From a virus (lineage: Duplodnaviria; Caudoviricetes), in the IMG/VR virus record IMGVR_UViG_3300037420_000354, positions 1-57,190 of that record: a stretch of 57,190 bases of DNA. The stretch is one strand, 5' to 3'. A program made the translations under genes and the position numbers. This document shows, one piece after another, positions 44,715 through 54,422 of this stretch. The first letter of the stretch is position 1; the number at the start of each line of letters is the position of its first letter. The notes under the pieces were generated by a model. The model had not been told where the DNA came from. It worked only from the letters and a program-made list of their open reading frames with translations, and did no database searches.

Positions 44715-45545
44715 TTAAAACAGGCCGCCGAGCACGGAACCAAGAATGCCAAAGAGGCCGTCATTGGATGACGTGGTCGTGGTCGACTCTTTCGGCGAGC
44801 CATTGAGCGCCGCCAGAAGCTTGATTGCGTCGTTGTAGTTCTTGTCCTTCAGCGCCTCTTGGAAAGACTGCATGGTCTGCCGGCGCTTTTCGTCCATGTT
44901 GTAGGCGATGTTGCCGGCGTTATAGAGACTGTCGTTGACATCGTTGAACTTCTGGAAAAGGTTATCGCCGACACCCATCAGCCCTTGGGCACCTGTAGCC
45001 TGCCGCTCCGCTATGACGTTCTGCTGGTTTTGGCCGCGGTCGAAAGCGTTCTGATAGGCCTGCCCTGTGGCATCGGAGATCGCCTGATTGGTTTTCTCCA
45101 TGTTCTCGCCTTCTTCGATCCCGTGGCGAGCGTCTCCGAAAGCTCCGGCTGCGGCGGCTTGACTGCCGATGTCATTCGCCTGCCGTTGGCTTTCCTGTGT
45201 GATTTCCCTGATTTGCGGATTGAGGACGCCCTTGATATACGGGCTCATATAATCCTTGACGGAGCCAACCTGCCCGTTGACAAGCCCGGTCCCCATATAG
45301 CGGTTGAAGCCGCTCTTTGCGGCATCCAACCCAAACATCTTCCCAAGGTTCTGATTGGAGAGCCAGCCGGCGTTTCCAAGCGCCTTGTTTTGGTATGGGT
45401 TGAACCCGGTGAAGAGGTTCTCGCCCTTCTTCATACCATAGGTGTAGTTGTCGTCGGAGCCGAGATAGCCCTGCAGTTTCGACAGGGCATCCTTGGTTGG
45501 CCCCGTCAACCAGTCTGGTAGCGAGGTTTGGGTTTCTGTCGACAT
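44715..45545 (-). CDS. internal virion/DNA-transfer (pilot) protein
   Basis: YMSPYIKGVL, AAAAGAFGDARHGI, C-terminal GLFGILGSVLGGLF typical of podovirus ejection proteins. Confidence 0.65.
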   Translation of the reverse strand: MSTETQTSLPDWLTGPTKDALSKLQGYLGSDDNYTYGMKKGENLFTGFNPYQNKALGNAGWLSNQNLGKMFGLDAAKSGFNRYMGTGLVNGQVGSVKDYMSPYIKGVLNPQIREITQESQRQANDIGSQAAAAGAFGDARHGIEEGENMEKTNQAISDATGQAYQNAFDRGQNQQNVIAERQATGAQGLMGVGDNLFQKFNDVNDSLYNAGNIAYNMDEKRRQTMQSFQEALKDKNYNDAIKLLAALNGSPKESTTTTSSNDGLFGILGSVLGGLF

Positions 45546-45808
45546 CAGGCAGTCCTTTTTGTGCCGCGCTTTTGGAGATCGGAAATGAAGGTGGCCAAGA
45601 CGTTCGCAACGTCGCCAAGCGTGGCGGCCCCAGCATTAAGCGTTCGCGTTTCCGTGTAATTGCTCAGCGTAAATGCGTCGGCGACTTGCCCCGCATCCGC
45701 TTCTGCGCTCGCCTTCTCGATCTCCCGAAGTGCCTCCAAGACAAACCGCATGTCCGGTTTTGCCTGGAGGATATTGCTCGGCGGGTTGCCGAATGAAACG
45801 CGCCTCAT
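45545..45808 (-). CDS. small virion-associated hypothetical protein
   Basis: overlaps both neighbours. Confidence 0.55.
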   Translation of the reverse strand: MRRVSFGNPPSNILQAKPDMRFVLEALREIEKASAEADAGQVADAFTLSNYTETRTLNAGAATLGDVANVLATFISDLQKRGTKRTA

Positions 45809-47598
45809 CGTTTCTTTCCCGCCCCGGTTATTTCGACACCAAACTTTCCAAGCCGGAAGTCCCCGGCAATGGTATCGGATACGATGGTCAGGCCAATGTG
45901 CCGACCGGAAACCCGGCAATCCACCAGCCGATCTGTCTCTCCCACAGTAATGGCGTCGGTGTCCATGACCTCGTCTTTCGGCCAATCCTTGCCATACATC
46001 GTCACTTGCAGATCGCCGGATTGCCGTTGGGTATCTGGGGCAAAGCCGAAGATGTCGACGCTGTCATTGCCGTCGTTGAGGGCGAATAGCCCCATGTCCA
46101 GAAACGCGCGCATCGCAGCGCCGTCATTGTCGTGATTGTCGGTTGTCTCGTGCAGATAGATGTAACCGTTTGTCCCAAACAGGATCGGGCGGATTTCGCC
46201 GGACGTGTACTTGGCGTGACAGGTCCGGTCGTAGGTTCCGTTCATCCAGTAATAGGCATCGAGATTGACCGCGACATAGGTGTCTGGTTCCGATGTCGTT
46301 GTCGGAAAAACAAACCACACTTCGTTGAAGTTCTTGTTGTAGAACGCGAATGTCTTCTGAAGGTGCTGGATATTGATCATCGCAGCAACCCAGTCGCGGA
46401 TATCATCCTGGTTTGGAATAGACTGCACATAGGACGAATAGACGTGAAAGCCGTAAGCCGACATCCAGAACGCCATCTGATCGGTTTTACAGAATGCATG
46501 AGGCCCGATCAGCCCGCATTCCGTCCCGACTGGATGATCGTCATAGATGAAGCGCGAGCCGGTGAACTGGAAGGCGAAGACCGCATAATCAGACCAGACC
46601 AGGGAAACGCCAGAAGTAAGCCCGACACCGGCCATAAGGCGCGATCCGAGCTGGAGCTTTCTCTCGTTGGCCGTGTTGGTGCTTGTCGGCGTCCAGACCG
46701 TGAAGTCATCGACATCTGGCCAGCGCACCGTCATCGCATCGAAATCACCGGCAAGATTTGTACAGCCGAGCGCAAAGATGTAACGCTCCGGGGTAACGAA
46801 TACATAGCGAATCTGTGCCGGCGCATTGGTGAGTTTCGCTGGCCGCGCAGGACCGGCACTGGTGTCATAGTGGTAGACCGTCTCCATCAATGGGCAGACC
46901 ATGACATCTTCGCCATAGCCATCGATAGACCACCAACGCATGTCACTGAGCGTGGATGTGGCAATCGATGCCTCCATACCCCAGTACCCCTCGCCCCAGC
47001 CGCCTACGCCCCAGCCAAGGGCATAGGAAGGGCTTTCCAGGCCGAAGTTGATTTCATAGGACGCCATCACCGAGCCGCCACCCGTTGCCGTCGATGTAGC
47101 GTTTGAGGTGTGCGTGATCTTGAAATTGTCTGGGTCAACGATCTCGGTGACGAGATAATCGCCATTGATCGTAATCCCGCCAACTGCTGACGCTCCCGAG
47201 AATGTCACCGTCACGCCGACATTGCTGATCCCGTGGAGCGTATCGGTTACCGTCACTATGGGTGAACCATTGGTGGTCGAGAACGGGTCTGTCAGGGCTA
47301 TGTTGGTGGCATTCTTTCGATATGGCGTGATCCGCGTCTTCGTGCCTTGGCGGAGCACATAGAGATCGTTCTGTGTCCCCCACATCAGGTGCTGGACACC
47401 ATCGGACGCTGACCATGCGCGGGCACCTCGAGCCTTCCCTGTGAACTGTCCGGCGAAGAACCTGCGGATGCCGCCAATCTTCTCTGGAAAGCCGCTGGTA
47501 AACCGCACCTTGTCCATGTCGATCCACCGCCCGGTCGCAGCAAAATCGCTGTTCGTCTTGACGACGCCAGGCGGGATAGTGATCGGAATGAATGGCAT
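45805..47598 (-). CDS. tail tubular/nozzle (gp10/gp12-like) protein
   Basis: PPGV...WIDMDKVRF..G.PEKIGG, VRWPD..DF..W.P..TN.A, NFNEVWF motifs; position. Confidence 0.7.
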   Translation of the reverse strand: MPFIPITIPPGVVKTNSDFAATGRWIDMDKVRFTSGFPEKIGGIRRFFAGQFTGKARGARAWSASDGVQHLMWGTQNDLYVLRQGTKTRITPYRKNATNIALTDPFSTTNGSPIVTVTDTLHGISNVGVTVTFSGASAVGGITINGDYLVTEIVDPDNFKITHTSNATSTATGGGSVMASYEINFGLESPSYALGWGVGGWGEGYWGMEASIATSTLSDMRWWSIDGYGEDVMVCPLMETVYHYDTSAGPARPAKLTNAPAQIRYVFVTPERYIFALGCTNLAGDFDAMTVRWPDVDDFTVWTPTSTNTANERKLQLGSRLMAGVGLTSGVSLVWSDYAVFAFQFTGSRFIYDDHPVGTECGLIGPHAFCKTDQMAFWMSAYGFHVYSSYVQSIPNQDDIRDWVAAMINIQHLQKTFAFYNKNFNEVWFVFPTTTSEPDTYVAVNLDAYYWMNGTYDRTCHAKYTSGEIRPILFGTNGYIYLHETTDNHDNDGAAMRAFLDMGLFALNDGNDSVDIFGFAPDTQRQSGDLQVTMYGKDWPKDEVMDTDAITVGETDRLVDCRVSGRHIGLTIVSDTIAGDFRLGKFGVEITGAGKKR

Positions 47599-47604
47599 TT
47601 GCCG

Positions 47605-48144
47605 TCAAAGCTCAGTGAAGCCGAGAAATTGGCCTGTCGTCTTGTCGAGTTCGGCCGTCCCGAACTTACCATCATCGTTCCTGGCGAAGATCGTTATGCG
47701 TCCGGCCGGCGGGGGCTCCAGGTCAATGCTGTTCAGAAACCTGTTGTGCGGCCCGGTCATCAAAGACGAAATATCGGTACCATCACAATAAAGGATGTCG
47801 ACGCCGGACCTGATCTCGATGCCGGGTTGGCCAGAGCATTTTCCTGTTAGAGTGAAGCTACCTCCAGTCTGGTTGCTGACAAAATAGAACCGTTTCCTGG
47901 TTGGGAAGATGACGCTGCGATTGGCCGTCTTGGTCCCGGAAAAGGTGAACCTTAGGCATTTGATGTCCGTGTCCGTCAGCGTCACATTCGCTGTGGTGAC
48001 GGTGATATCCGTGGTGGCGGTAAGCGCCTTTTCAATCTTGCTGAAATTGTCATCCGCAGCATCGCCCCAATTGGCATAGCCAGAGCCAGCGCTTTCGCCC
48101 AGCAGGAGATCGATAAGCTGGAGATCGTTGGTGAAACTGCCCAT
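47605..48144 (-). CDS. tail protein (fibre-anchor-like)
   Basis: GE..WG....NF..IE N-terminus; YCDGT. Confidence 0.55.
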   Translation of the reverse strand: MGSFTNDLQLIDLLLGESAGSGYANWGDAADDNFSKIEKALTATTDITVTTANVTLTDTDIKCLRFTFSGTKTANRSVIFPTRKRFYFVSNQTGGSFTLTGKCSGQPGIEIRSGVDILYCDGTDISSLMTGPHNRFLNSIDLEPPPAGRITIFARNDDGKFGTAELDKTTGQFLGFTEL

Positions 48145-48782
48145 CAGTAGCTCTCCTCCCAGTTGAAATCAAACTCAATCCCCCTCAGAGAGTTATCCGA
48201 CTCCACCTTGATTTCTTCGATCATCTGCAACGCTCTGGCCTCGTCACGGTCGAAGGTGTCGAACTCTTTCCGTGCCTCCGCGGCGATCATGGTGCAGACG
48301 CGCCTGACCAAGGTCGGATATTTGGTCGTTAGCCAGTTGGTAGGATTGGACGAACTCAACGCATCCGGGGTCTTGAAGAACACCATTGAAGCCGTATAGG
48401 CCTGGTCCGCCACGGTGTTCAGTTGGATCAGATCGTTATAGTCCGTCCAATAGGTGGGCAGCCCTTCAGGAAGAGTTGCCGTTTCATCGAAGCCAAGATT
48501 GGTCCTGAACCACTCGACATCCTTGCGCCTGATCCTTGAGATGAAGCCGGGGATGCCGAAGTGGAGCGGATCGAGATAGCCTGTCGGGAAAGAGGCGGTT
48601 GACGCCCCTTGCGCGATCGTCACGCTTGCCGAGGTCTGCATTTGCCTGACGCGAAGCTTGGAATAAATCCACGCCTGCGCTTCTGTCAGGATGCCGGCGG
48701 AGTCGATACGGTCGTAGTTTATGTGGTAGCGGATACTGCCAACGACAGTCTTTTCGCTGACCAGAGTGTCGTAGTCCATCAT
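48144..48782 (-). CDS. head-tail adaptor / tail tubular protein A-like
   Basis: MDYDTL..., LRVRQM, P.GYL, LS.SNPTNWL...YP motifs. Confidence 0.7.
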   Translation of the reverse strand: MMDYDTLVSEKTVVGSIRYHINYDRIDSAGILTEAQAWIYSKLRVRQMQTSASVTIAQGASTASFPTGYLDPLHFGIPGFISRIRRKDVEWFRTNLGFDETATLPEGLPTYWTDYNDLIQLNTVADQAYTASMVFFKTPDALSSSNPTNWLTTKYPTLVRRVCTMIAAEARKEFDTFDRDEARALQMIEEIKVESDNSLRGIEFDFNWEESY

Positions 48783-49318
48783 GGATGCCTTCCATGATTA
48801 GGATGAAATCCAAAGCGCACGTTGCCAGCTTTTCTGGCGGCGCATGCCGTCTCGAAATCATCATGTCTTCCTAATTGATGCTTCCTTCCATCCACGAAGA
48901 TGGTGGATCTCCACTTTTTGCGGTAACCATCCCATGTGACGCCGGTAAATCCTGACGTGTTGTCAGACCTGCGCGCGCAATTCTTCATGTTGATTGAGCG
49001 CTCTACCCCTCGCAGATTTGCCCAACGGTTGTCATTGCGGTTGCCGTTGATGTGATCAATATCATTCGGAGGAAACTCGCCCGTCACCATCAACCAAATA
49101 ACGCGGTGCGCGGTAAGATTTTCCCCCGCAATGCTAAGATATCTGTATCCGCTAACGCCAACAGCCCCGACCTGCTGCCCAGCCCACCGAGTATTCCACG
49201 TGCGCCAGAGCCGTTCACGAGTGAATTCGGACCTAGCCCTTTCCCTCCACGTCAACACTCCCGTGCCGGGATTATACTGAAGAAGTTCCCTTGCTCTGGC
49301 GCACGTCAATTCAGTCAT
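48779..49318 (-). CDS. HNH homing endonuclease with AP2-like C-terminus
   Basis: AHRVIW...IDHINGNRNDNRWANLR; NTSGFTGV; FHPNHG. Confidence 0.9.
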   Translation of the reverse strand: MTELTCARARELLQYNPGTGVLTWRERARSEFTRERLWRTWNTRWAGQQVGAVGVSGYRYLSIAGENLTAHRVIWLMVTGEFPPNDIDHINGNRNDNRWANLRGVERSINMKNCARRSDNTSGFTGVTWDGYRKKWRSTIFVDGRKHQLGRHDDFETACAARKAGNVRFGFHPNHGRHP

Positions 49319-49680
49319 CAGCGGCCAACCTCATCGGCGCCGACGATTGCGCCATCGATCAGCGCAGCAAGAATGGTCTTGGCGTTGGAGACGTCAGCGT
49401 TCGGCATTGCCTGCTTCATCGCCTCTTTGACCTTGAAGAACGGGTAGTTCCTGCCCTTCGCCCAGGCAACGAGGTCAACAGCTTCATCGGGCTGCGGTTC
49501 GATTTGTTCGACGGGGGGCCTAGGGGCGGATTTCGCCGCCCCTGATGCCCGTGCCGGACCTTTGATGAACCTGCCATCATGCCCGAACACGCACCCGTCC
49601 TGTTCGAAACGGGAACCGTCTTCAAGCGGCGGATAGATCGTGCCGTAAGGCCGGCTCATGTCCAGTCGCGGATCAGCCAT
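49318..49680 (-). CDS. hypothetical head-region protein
   Basis: GAGGG SD before ATG 49680. Confidence 0.6.
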   Translation of the reverse strand: MADPRLDMSRPYGTIYPPLEDGSRFEQDGCVFGHDGRFIKGPARASGAAKSAPRPPVEQIEPQPDEAVDLVAWAKGRNYPFFKVKEAMKQAMPNADVSNAKTILAALIDGAIVGADEVGR

Positions 49681-49690
49681 GGTCAGACCC

Positions 49691-49891
49691 TCACTTGCCA
49701 CCCGGCACGGAGCCGGAAGTGATGGAATGGCTGAGGTTGTCACGGCCGCCGCCGAAGCCCTGGTTCTTGAGCTGCGTGCCGGCGTCGGTGCCCTTGACCT
49801 GATAGTCGGAAGTGTCAACGGCGGTCGACTTGTAGATCATCTTGCCGTTGGCTGCGGGCATTTTCACAGTGGTGTTGTCCATGATGTTCAA
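49691..49891 (-). CDS. small hypothetical protein
   Basis: co-oriented; fills the gap. Confidence 0.5.
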   Translation of the reverse strand: MNIMDNTTVKMPAANGKMIYKSTAVDTSDYQVKGTDAGTQLKNQGFGGGRDNLSHSITSGSVPGGK

Positions 49892-50112
49892 TCCATCAAG
49901 TAAGAATCGTAGAGAATGTCGGTGTCGTCCTTGAGCCCCGGAGACACGTCCGTGCTCTTGTTCCAGAGTTCACCGTCACACTTACGATCGAAGGTTTCAC
50001 GATGACGGATGGTGTATCCGTCTGCGGCTGCATTCTTCCCGCCGGTCGGCGCAATCGGCTTTTCCGTGTTGCGGGGATGACGGGAGACATATCTGCGTTT
50101 GTCTTCTGACAT
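49888..50112 (-). CDS. small hypothetical protein
   Basis: AAGGAG SD. Confidence 0.55.
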   Translation of the reverse strand: MSEDKRRYVSRHPRNTEKPIAPTGGKNAAADGYTIRHRETFDRKCDGELWNKSTDVSPGLKDDTDILYDSYLMD

Positions 50113-50162
50113 CGCATTCTCCTTTGATGATGGCCGCCCGCCCGTGAGCGAACGGCAGGGGC

Positions 50163-50552
50163 TTAGTCGGCCCAGTCGATGGTCACCTGGAACGTCGCAA
50201 CGCCAGCGGGGGTGCCGCCAGTGGGCGCAGTCGAGGAGATCTTGACCTGAGTATCGGCCGGAATATCGAGCAGCGTCGTGGTGACAGTGGACACACCATC
50301 GTTGGTCGAGATCGCCACGCCGGCCGCAGTCGTTCCCATCGACAACTGCTGATAAGCGGTTGCGGATGTGGAATTGCCGACGTCGATGCGGCCTGCCGTT
50401 GTCGTAGCGGTGAAGGTCGTGGTAACCGATGCGTGGATTTCCACGAGATGGCCAGTCTTACCCTTCGGGCCAATGACGAAACGGGAGCCAGATGTCCCGA
50501 AATCAATGGCCGAAAAGCTGTAGGTCCGGCGGTTCGGATTGGAATAAGACAT
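50163..50552 (-). CDS. capsid decoration/cement-like protein
   Basis: beta-rich ~130 aa directly downstream of the capsid gene; AAGGA SD. Confidence 0.55.
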   Translation of the reverse strand: MSYSNPNRRTYSFSAIDFGTSGSRFVIGPKGKTGHLVEIHASVTTTFTATTTAGRIDVGNSTSATAYQQLSMGTTAAGVAISTNDGVSTVTTTLLDIPADTQVKISSTAPTGGTPAGVATFQVTIDWAD

Positions 50553-50612
50553 TTCCAATGTCCTTTCAATTTGAAGAAATGGAAAGGGCGGGCGCTAACC
50601 CGCCCCGCCGGA

Positions 50613-52711
50613 TCAGGCAGCTGAATCCCAAAGGATCACACGTGCGTTGGTGGCGTCTTGGTGGGTCAGGCCGGCACCGCCGAGGTAATCGGAAATCTTC
50701 ACACGGTTTCGCTAAAACCGTGCCGCTCTTGCCAGATGTGGTTCCATCTCAGTCCATGCTTGATGCGATGGATGGTGACCCTCGAAACTCCTGCCACTGA
50801 GGCGACAGAACTTTCAGAGTCTCCGCTTTCCAGCAGATCATGAATGCGGCGTACCTGCGCTGTTGTCAGCACGCTTTGCGCATTCAATTCACCGTAGAGA
50901 TGGCGACCTTTGCTCTTCATGTCGGCGGCATTATCGCCGCTCGTTCCAAGGAAGAGATGCTTCGGGTTGACGCATCGCGGATTATCGCAACTGTGCAACA
51001 CTCCAACCCCATCAGGGATAGGCCCCTCATGAAGTTCATATGAGTATCGATGTGCGTAAATTTGATGCCGTGTCTTGGGCGCTTTGATTTGCCCATAACC
51101 GCGACCTGCGACACTTGCGGTCCATAGCCAGCATTCATCTTCGCCGGCTACTTTGACCTTCTTCCAGAAGCGTTTTTCAAGACCGTTGCCCATGGCGGTA
51201 ATATACCGTGGCAACGTCTTAAAATCTAGCATTTGCTGCCCATGGTTTCCCATGGGACGAGACTATATCTTCACCCGCTAGGCGGGGCTCCGCACTTCGG
51301 GCCGCTTGGCCCTACATGATAGTCGTTGAACCTTCCCCGGTTCTCGGGGCTTGGCTGCTGATTGCCCAATCACAGAACTTTTCAAGCCGTCGCGCTTGCT
51401 TTTCCAAGCTACGCTGTGGCGTTCTGTGCTCTCAGGGGTTTCCAGTCAGTTCACGGAGTTTAGGCTTGGCTATACCTCTCAGTTCAACCAAGCGATGCCC
51501 TTGTCGCGACCATAGTCGCCGGGCAACTTCGCGCGGATTTCCTCAGGGATGGCCGGCGCTTCCAGAACGGTGTCCGAGCCCATGAACAGAGCCCAAGAGG
51601 ACTTCCCGTTGTTCCAGTCGTCGGCAACGGCGTCATAGACGTAGTTGGCGGAACCGGAGGTCAGGTTGAACGCCGCGTCATTGGCGTGACCCTTCGGGAT
51701 TTCGTTCTGCTCGATCCAGCGGATCGATTCGTAGCGGCCGACTTCGCCCTTGAAGATCAGCTGGATACCAGTCTCGCTGTACTGGTGAATGGTCTCCAGG
51801 CTGTTCTTGAAAGTGCGCATCGTCGTGGCATGAGTGACCGCAACATAGTCATCCCCGTCATATGCGGGAATGTTTCGATCCTTCATGATATCGGAAATGG
51901 CCTTGATGTGGCCGGTGCCGAGTTCGACGTTGTTGGTGGTCGCCGTCGCGTTGTTGGTGGTCAGCGTGACAGCGGTTGTCGAGGTGCCGGATGTCGGCGC
52001 CACGCGAAGCGGCGTCTGGAACATCTGGTAACCGACGAGACGGTCCAGCGTTTGACGTGCGTCGTCGCGGAGGGTCTGGTCGATGATGTCCTTGACATCG
52101 ATTTCCCCGAGATTTTCGAGGAGCCCGGTGTACGGTACAGAGTTCAGTTTTGTTATCGCAGAGCCGTTTACTCTCTGCTTCTGCACTTCGTCAGTGCAGC
52201 TCGGACTATATCATCGCCAATGGCATGGCGTAGGGCGCTCGTGGACGGGTTATTCTTTCGTCACCGTCTAGTCTCTGGACCTTCCGCATCCCTGAGCCTT
52301 TCGGCCTACATATGCGGCTTGGCTGCTGATTACCCTCGCCTCTCGGCGGTGGGGCTTCCCAGCAATTCACCCTATTTTCAAGATCGGGTAGCGTTGGGAG
52401 ACGCTGAACCATCCCGATCAGGCGGCTAATCTATAACCGAATTCACCGATGGTCAGGCTTGCCTGGCCGATGGTGAAGTTTGTTTCCGGCATGCTCTGCT
52501 GCTCATCGATCGGGCCGCCGCGCTTGTTGAGCTTGGAGAACCGATCCCAGCGGAAGGTGTTGCCCTTGTGCAGGCCGATTGCCTTGTCGGAGGCGTCGGC
52601 GAGATTGCGGAGCTTGGTCCGCGGCTGCAGTTCGAAGCGGAGGTGGTCAGAGAGGTTGTCGGAATAGAGATAACCGCCCTGGGTGTTGACTGACCAAAGT
52701 TGTCCGGCCAT
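50613..52711 (-). CDS. major capsid protein (N4 gp56-like), spliced: exons 52711-52436, 52144-51487, 50689-50613; 336 aa
   Basis: in-frame joins IGEFG|NSVPYTG and GRDKGIAW-Y|YLGG; GEVGRYESIRWIE; located after scaffold and portal. Confidence 0.88.
50690..51486 (-). mobile_element. group I intron 2 (797 nt) with HNH ORF
   Basis: 5' exon ends CTTGGT, IGS GAGGTATAGCCAAG (P1 U-G pair; P10 with ATTACCTC); Q AATCAGCAG, R GTTCAACGACTA, S AAGATATAGTC; terminal G. Confidence 0.9.
50699..51193 (-). CDS. intron-encoded HNH homing endonuclease
   Basis: FWKKV...CWLWT...GYG..AHRYS...VLHSCDNPRCVNPKHL..GT..DN..DM..KGR plus C-terminal HTH. Confidence 0.9.
   Translation of the reverse strand: MGNGLEKRFWKKVKVAGEDECWLWTASVAGRGYGQIKAPKTRHQIYAHRYSYELHEGPIPDGVGVLHSCDNPRCVNPKHLFLGTSGDNAADMKSKGRHLYGELNAQSVLTTAQVRRIHDLLESGDSESSVASVAGVSRVTIHRIKHGLRWNHIWQERHGFSETV
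52145..52435 (-). mobile_element. group I intron 1 (291 nt, no ORF)
   Basis: 5' exon ends in U (TTCGGT); P AATTGCTGGGAA, Q AATCAGCAG, R GTCCAGAGACTA, S ATGATATAGTCC; ends in G before AAC. Confidence 0.9.
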
Positions 52712-52738
52712 GTCGTCGTCCTTTCAGAGGATGACGGG

Positions 52739-54049
52739 TTACCTGCCCTTTCTCGATGCGCGCATTTGCGCCACCACCTGACGATACTTTTGATTGGTAG
52801 CGTCTTCGGTATTGGCGGGCTGTGCGCTGTCATTTCCGGGGGAGATGTTCGCCCGTCTGGGTTGGGGAGCCATGGCCTGCTTTCTTTCGATGCGCTCGGC
52901 CACGAAGTTTGAGTTGTCTGCTGGGGCCGGGGCGGGAGCGGGCTTTGCCTCTCCACGTTGCGGTTCCGGCATTCCGAAAGCTTCCCTGACGTTCTTCGCC
53001 GCTGTCTTCATCACCGTGGGGGCAGCGGGAAGTTCCCAGCCCTCCGATGCCAGCTTGCGATAGACAACTCCAATGGCCGCCTGTGGGGCGAGGCCATGAT
53101 GGCGTGAGTATTCCTGAAGCTTTTCAGGTTTCACGCCGATCGCATAGAGGTTGTCTCGCATCACTTCGACGGTGGAGTCGAACAGGACTTCCAGCCGGCG
53201 CTGCGATTGAGAGAAATCAGGGTTTTCGGAAACGAAGTCGTCAAGCACCTTCTGAGTTTCGGCTTGGATACGAGCGGTTTCCTGCGCATGCTGTATGGTA
53301 GCAGCCATACGCGCATCGACGTCTCCGAGGTTGGACCTGACTGTTTCCAGCACTTGGTCCGTAACCTGTTTTCCGAACTTCTTGAGGGCTTCCACGCCTT
53401 CTTTGAGATCACCTGTCTGGATACGATCGATGATCTCGTCCAACTCTGCGTCCGTGGCCGGTTTGGTATCCTCTGCCGGGGCATTCGCTGGTTTCGGCTG
53501 TTGCTGAACAGTCTGGCTTTGGTTGGCCATTAACCGTTCGACTTCAGCCAATCTCTGTTGCGCCTGAAGCTTCGCCACCTTGGCGTCTTCGAGAATGCTC
53601 TCAGAGGCAAGGGCCTTCTGGGCAAGCGCTGTGAACTGTGCATCGTCAACTTCGACCTCGCGGCCGTTGACTTTGAGCTTATGGCGCACTGGCGCCGGGA
53701 TGTCTTCGGTCTTGACCACTACAGGAGCGGCCTGCTCCACTGGCGGCGTGGTGCGCTCTTCGCGGACTTCTACCTGCTGTGGTGTGGGGCGGCTTTGCTG
53801 CGCCTCTTCCGCGACGGTCTTCAGCGGCACATCCTGCCCACTGCGCTGCGATTTCAGCTTTTCGACAATTGATGCGCGCTTGTCGTCATACTTGCCGCCC
53901 TCACGGGGCTTCTTCGGCTCTTCCTGAACTGCGGTCGGGGCCGGTTCAGCCTCGCGTTGCCGGGTTTCGACAACTTCGACATTATCGGCGGTCGGGATGA
54001 GATCGCGGACATCATCTTCCGCCGCCATGTTTTGATTTTCGCCGGCCAT
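52739..54049 (-). CDS. capsid scaffolding protein
   Basis: acidic/helical, KLKVNGREVEV motif, basic C-terminus, directly upstream of the capsid gene. Confidence 0.7.
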   Translation of the reverse strand: MAGENQNMAAEDDVRDLIPTADNVEVVETRQREAEPAPTAVQEEPKKPREGGKYDDKRASIVEKLKSQRSGQDVPLKTVAEEAQQSRPTPQQVEVREERTTPPVEQAAPVVVKTEDIPAPVRHKLKVNGREVEVDDAQFTALAQKALASESILEDAKVAKLQAQQRLAEVERLMANQSQTVQQQPKPANAPAEDTKPATDAELDEIIDRIQTGDLKEGVEALKKFGKQVTDQVLETVRSNLGDVDARMAATIQHAQETARIQAETQKVLDDFVSENPDFSQSQRRLEVLFDSTVEVMRDNLYAIGVKPEKLQEYSRHHGLAPQAAIGVVYRKLASEGWELPAAPTVMKTAAKNVREAFGMPEPQRGEAKPAPAPAPADNSNFVAERIERKQAMAPQPRRANISPGNDSAQPANTEDATNQKYRQVVAQMRASRKGR

Positions 54050-54050
54050 G

Positions 54051-54398
54051 TTAGGAATCCCTTTCTTCCGGTTCGCCTCTGATCATTGATTGCAGCCACG
54101 TGCCTTCCTCCTCGGAAGCGCCATCCATGGCCGCTGCTCCGTTCTCAAGGATGGCCTGTATCCATCCGACAAGCGCGTGATAGCGGGTAACCTCCCACTG
54201 TTTCTGCGCGACGTCTTCGAGAGTGTCGAACTTGCTGTGGATCAACTCGTCCATCGCAGCAAGCGCCTCATCCCGCGCATGGATAAGCAGGGTTTCGAAC
54301 GCAGCGCCCCGTTGGAGAAGCTGTTGAATTTGCAAGCCGGCGTCTATCGCGAGGATGCGAGCAACCTCGTCGTCCATCAGTTCTTCAAGGTCTGTCAT
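54051..54398 (-). CDS. hypothetical protein between portal and scaffold
   Basis: GAGG SD; typical podovirus synteny. Confidence 0.65.
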   Translation of the reverse strand: MTDLEELMDDEVARILAIDAGLQIQQLLQRGAAFETLLIHARDEALAAMDELIHSKFDTLEDVAQKQWEVTRYHALVGWIQAILENGAAAMDGASEEEGTWLQSMIRGEPEERDS

Positions 54399-54422
54399 AT
54401 CGCCTCAGTTTGTCGTGGATCG

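Noticed and set aside
51479-52711. Capsid pseudogene, frameshift or separate small genes (97 aa and 235 aa ORFs)
   Set aside because: The interruptions are fully explained by group I introns with in-frame splice junctions
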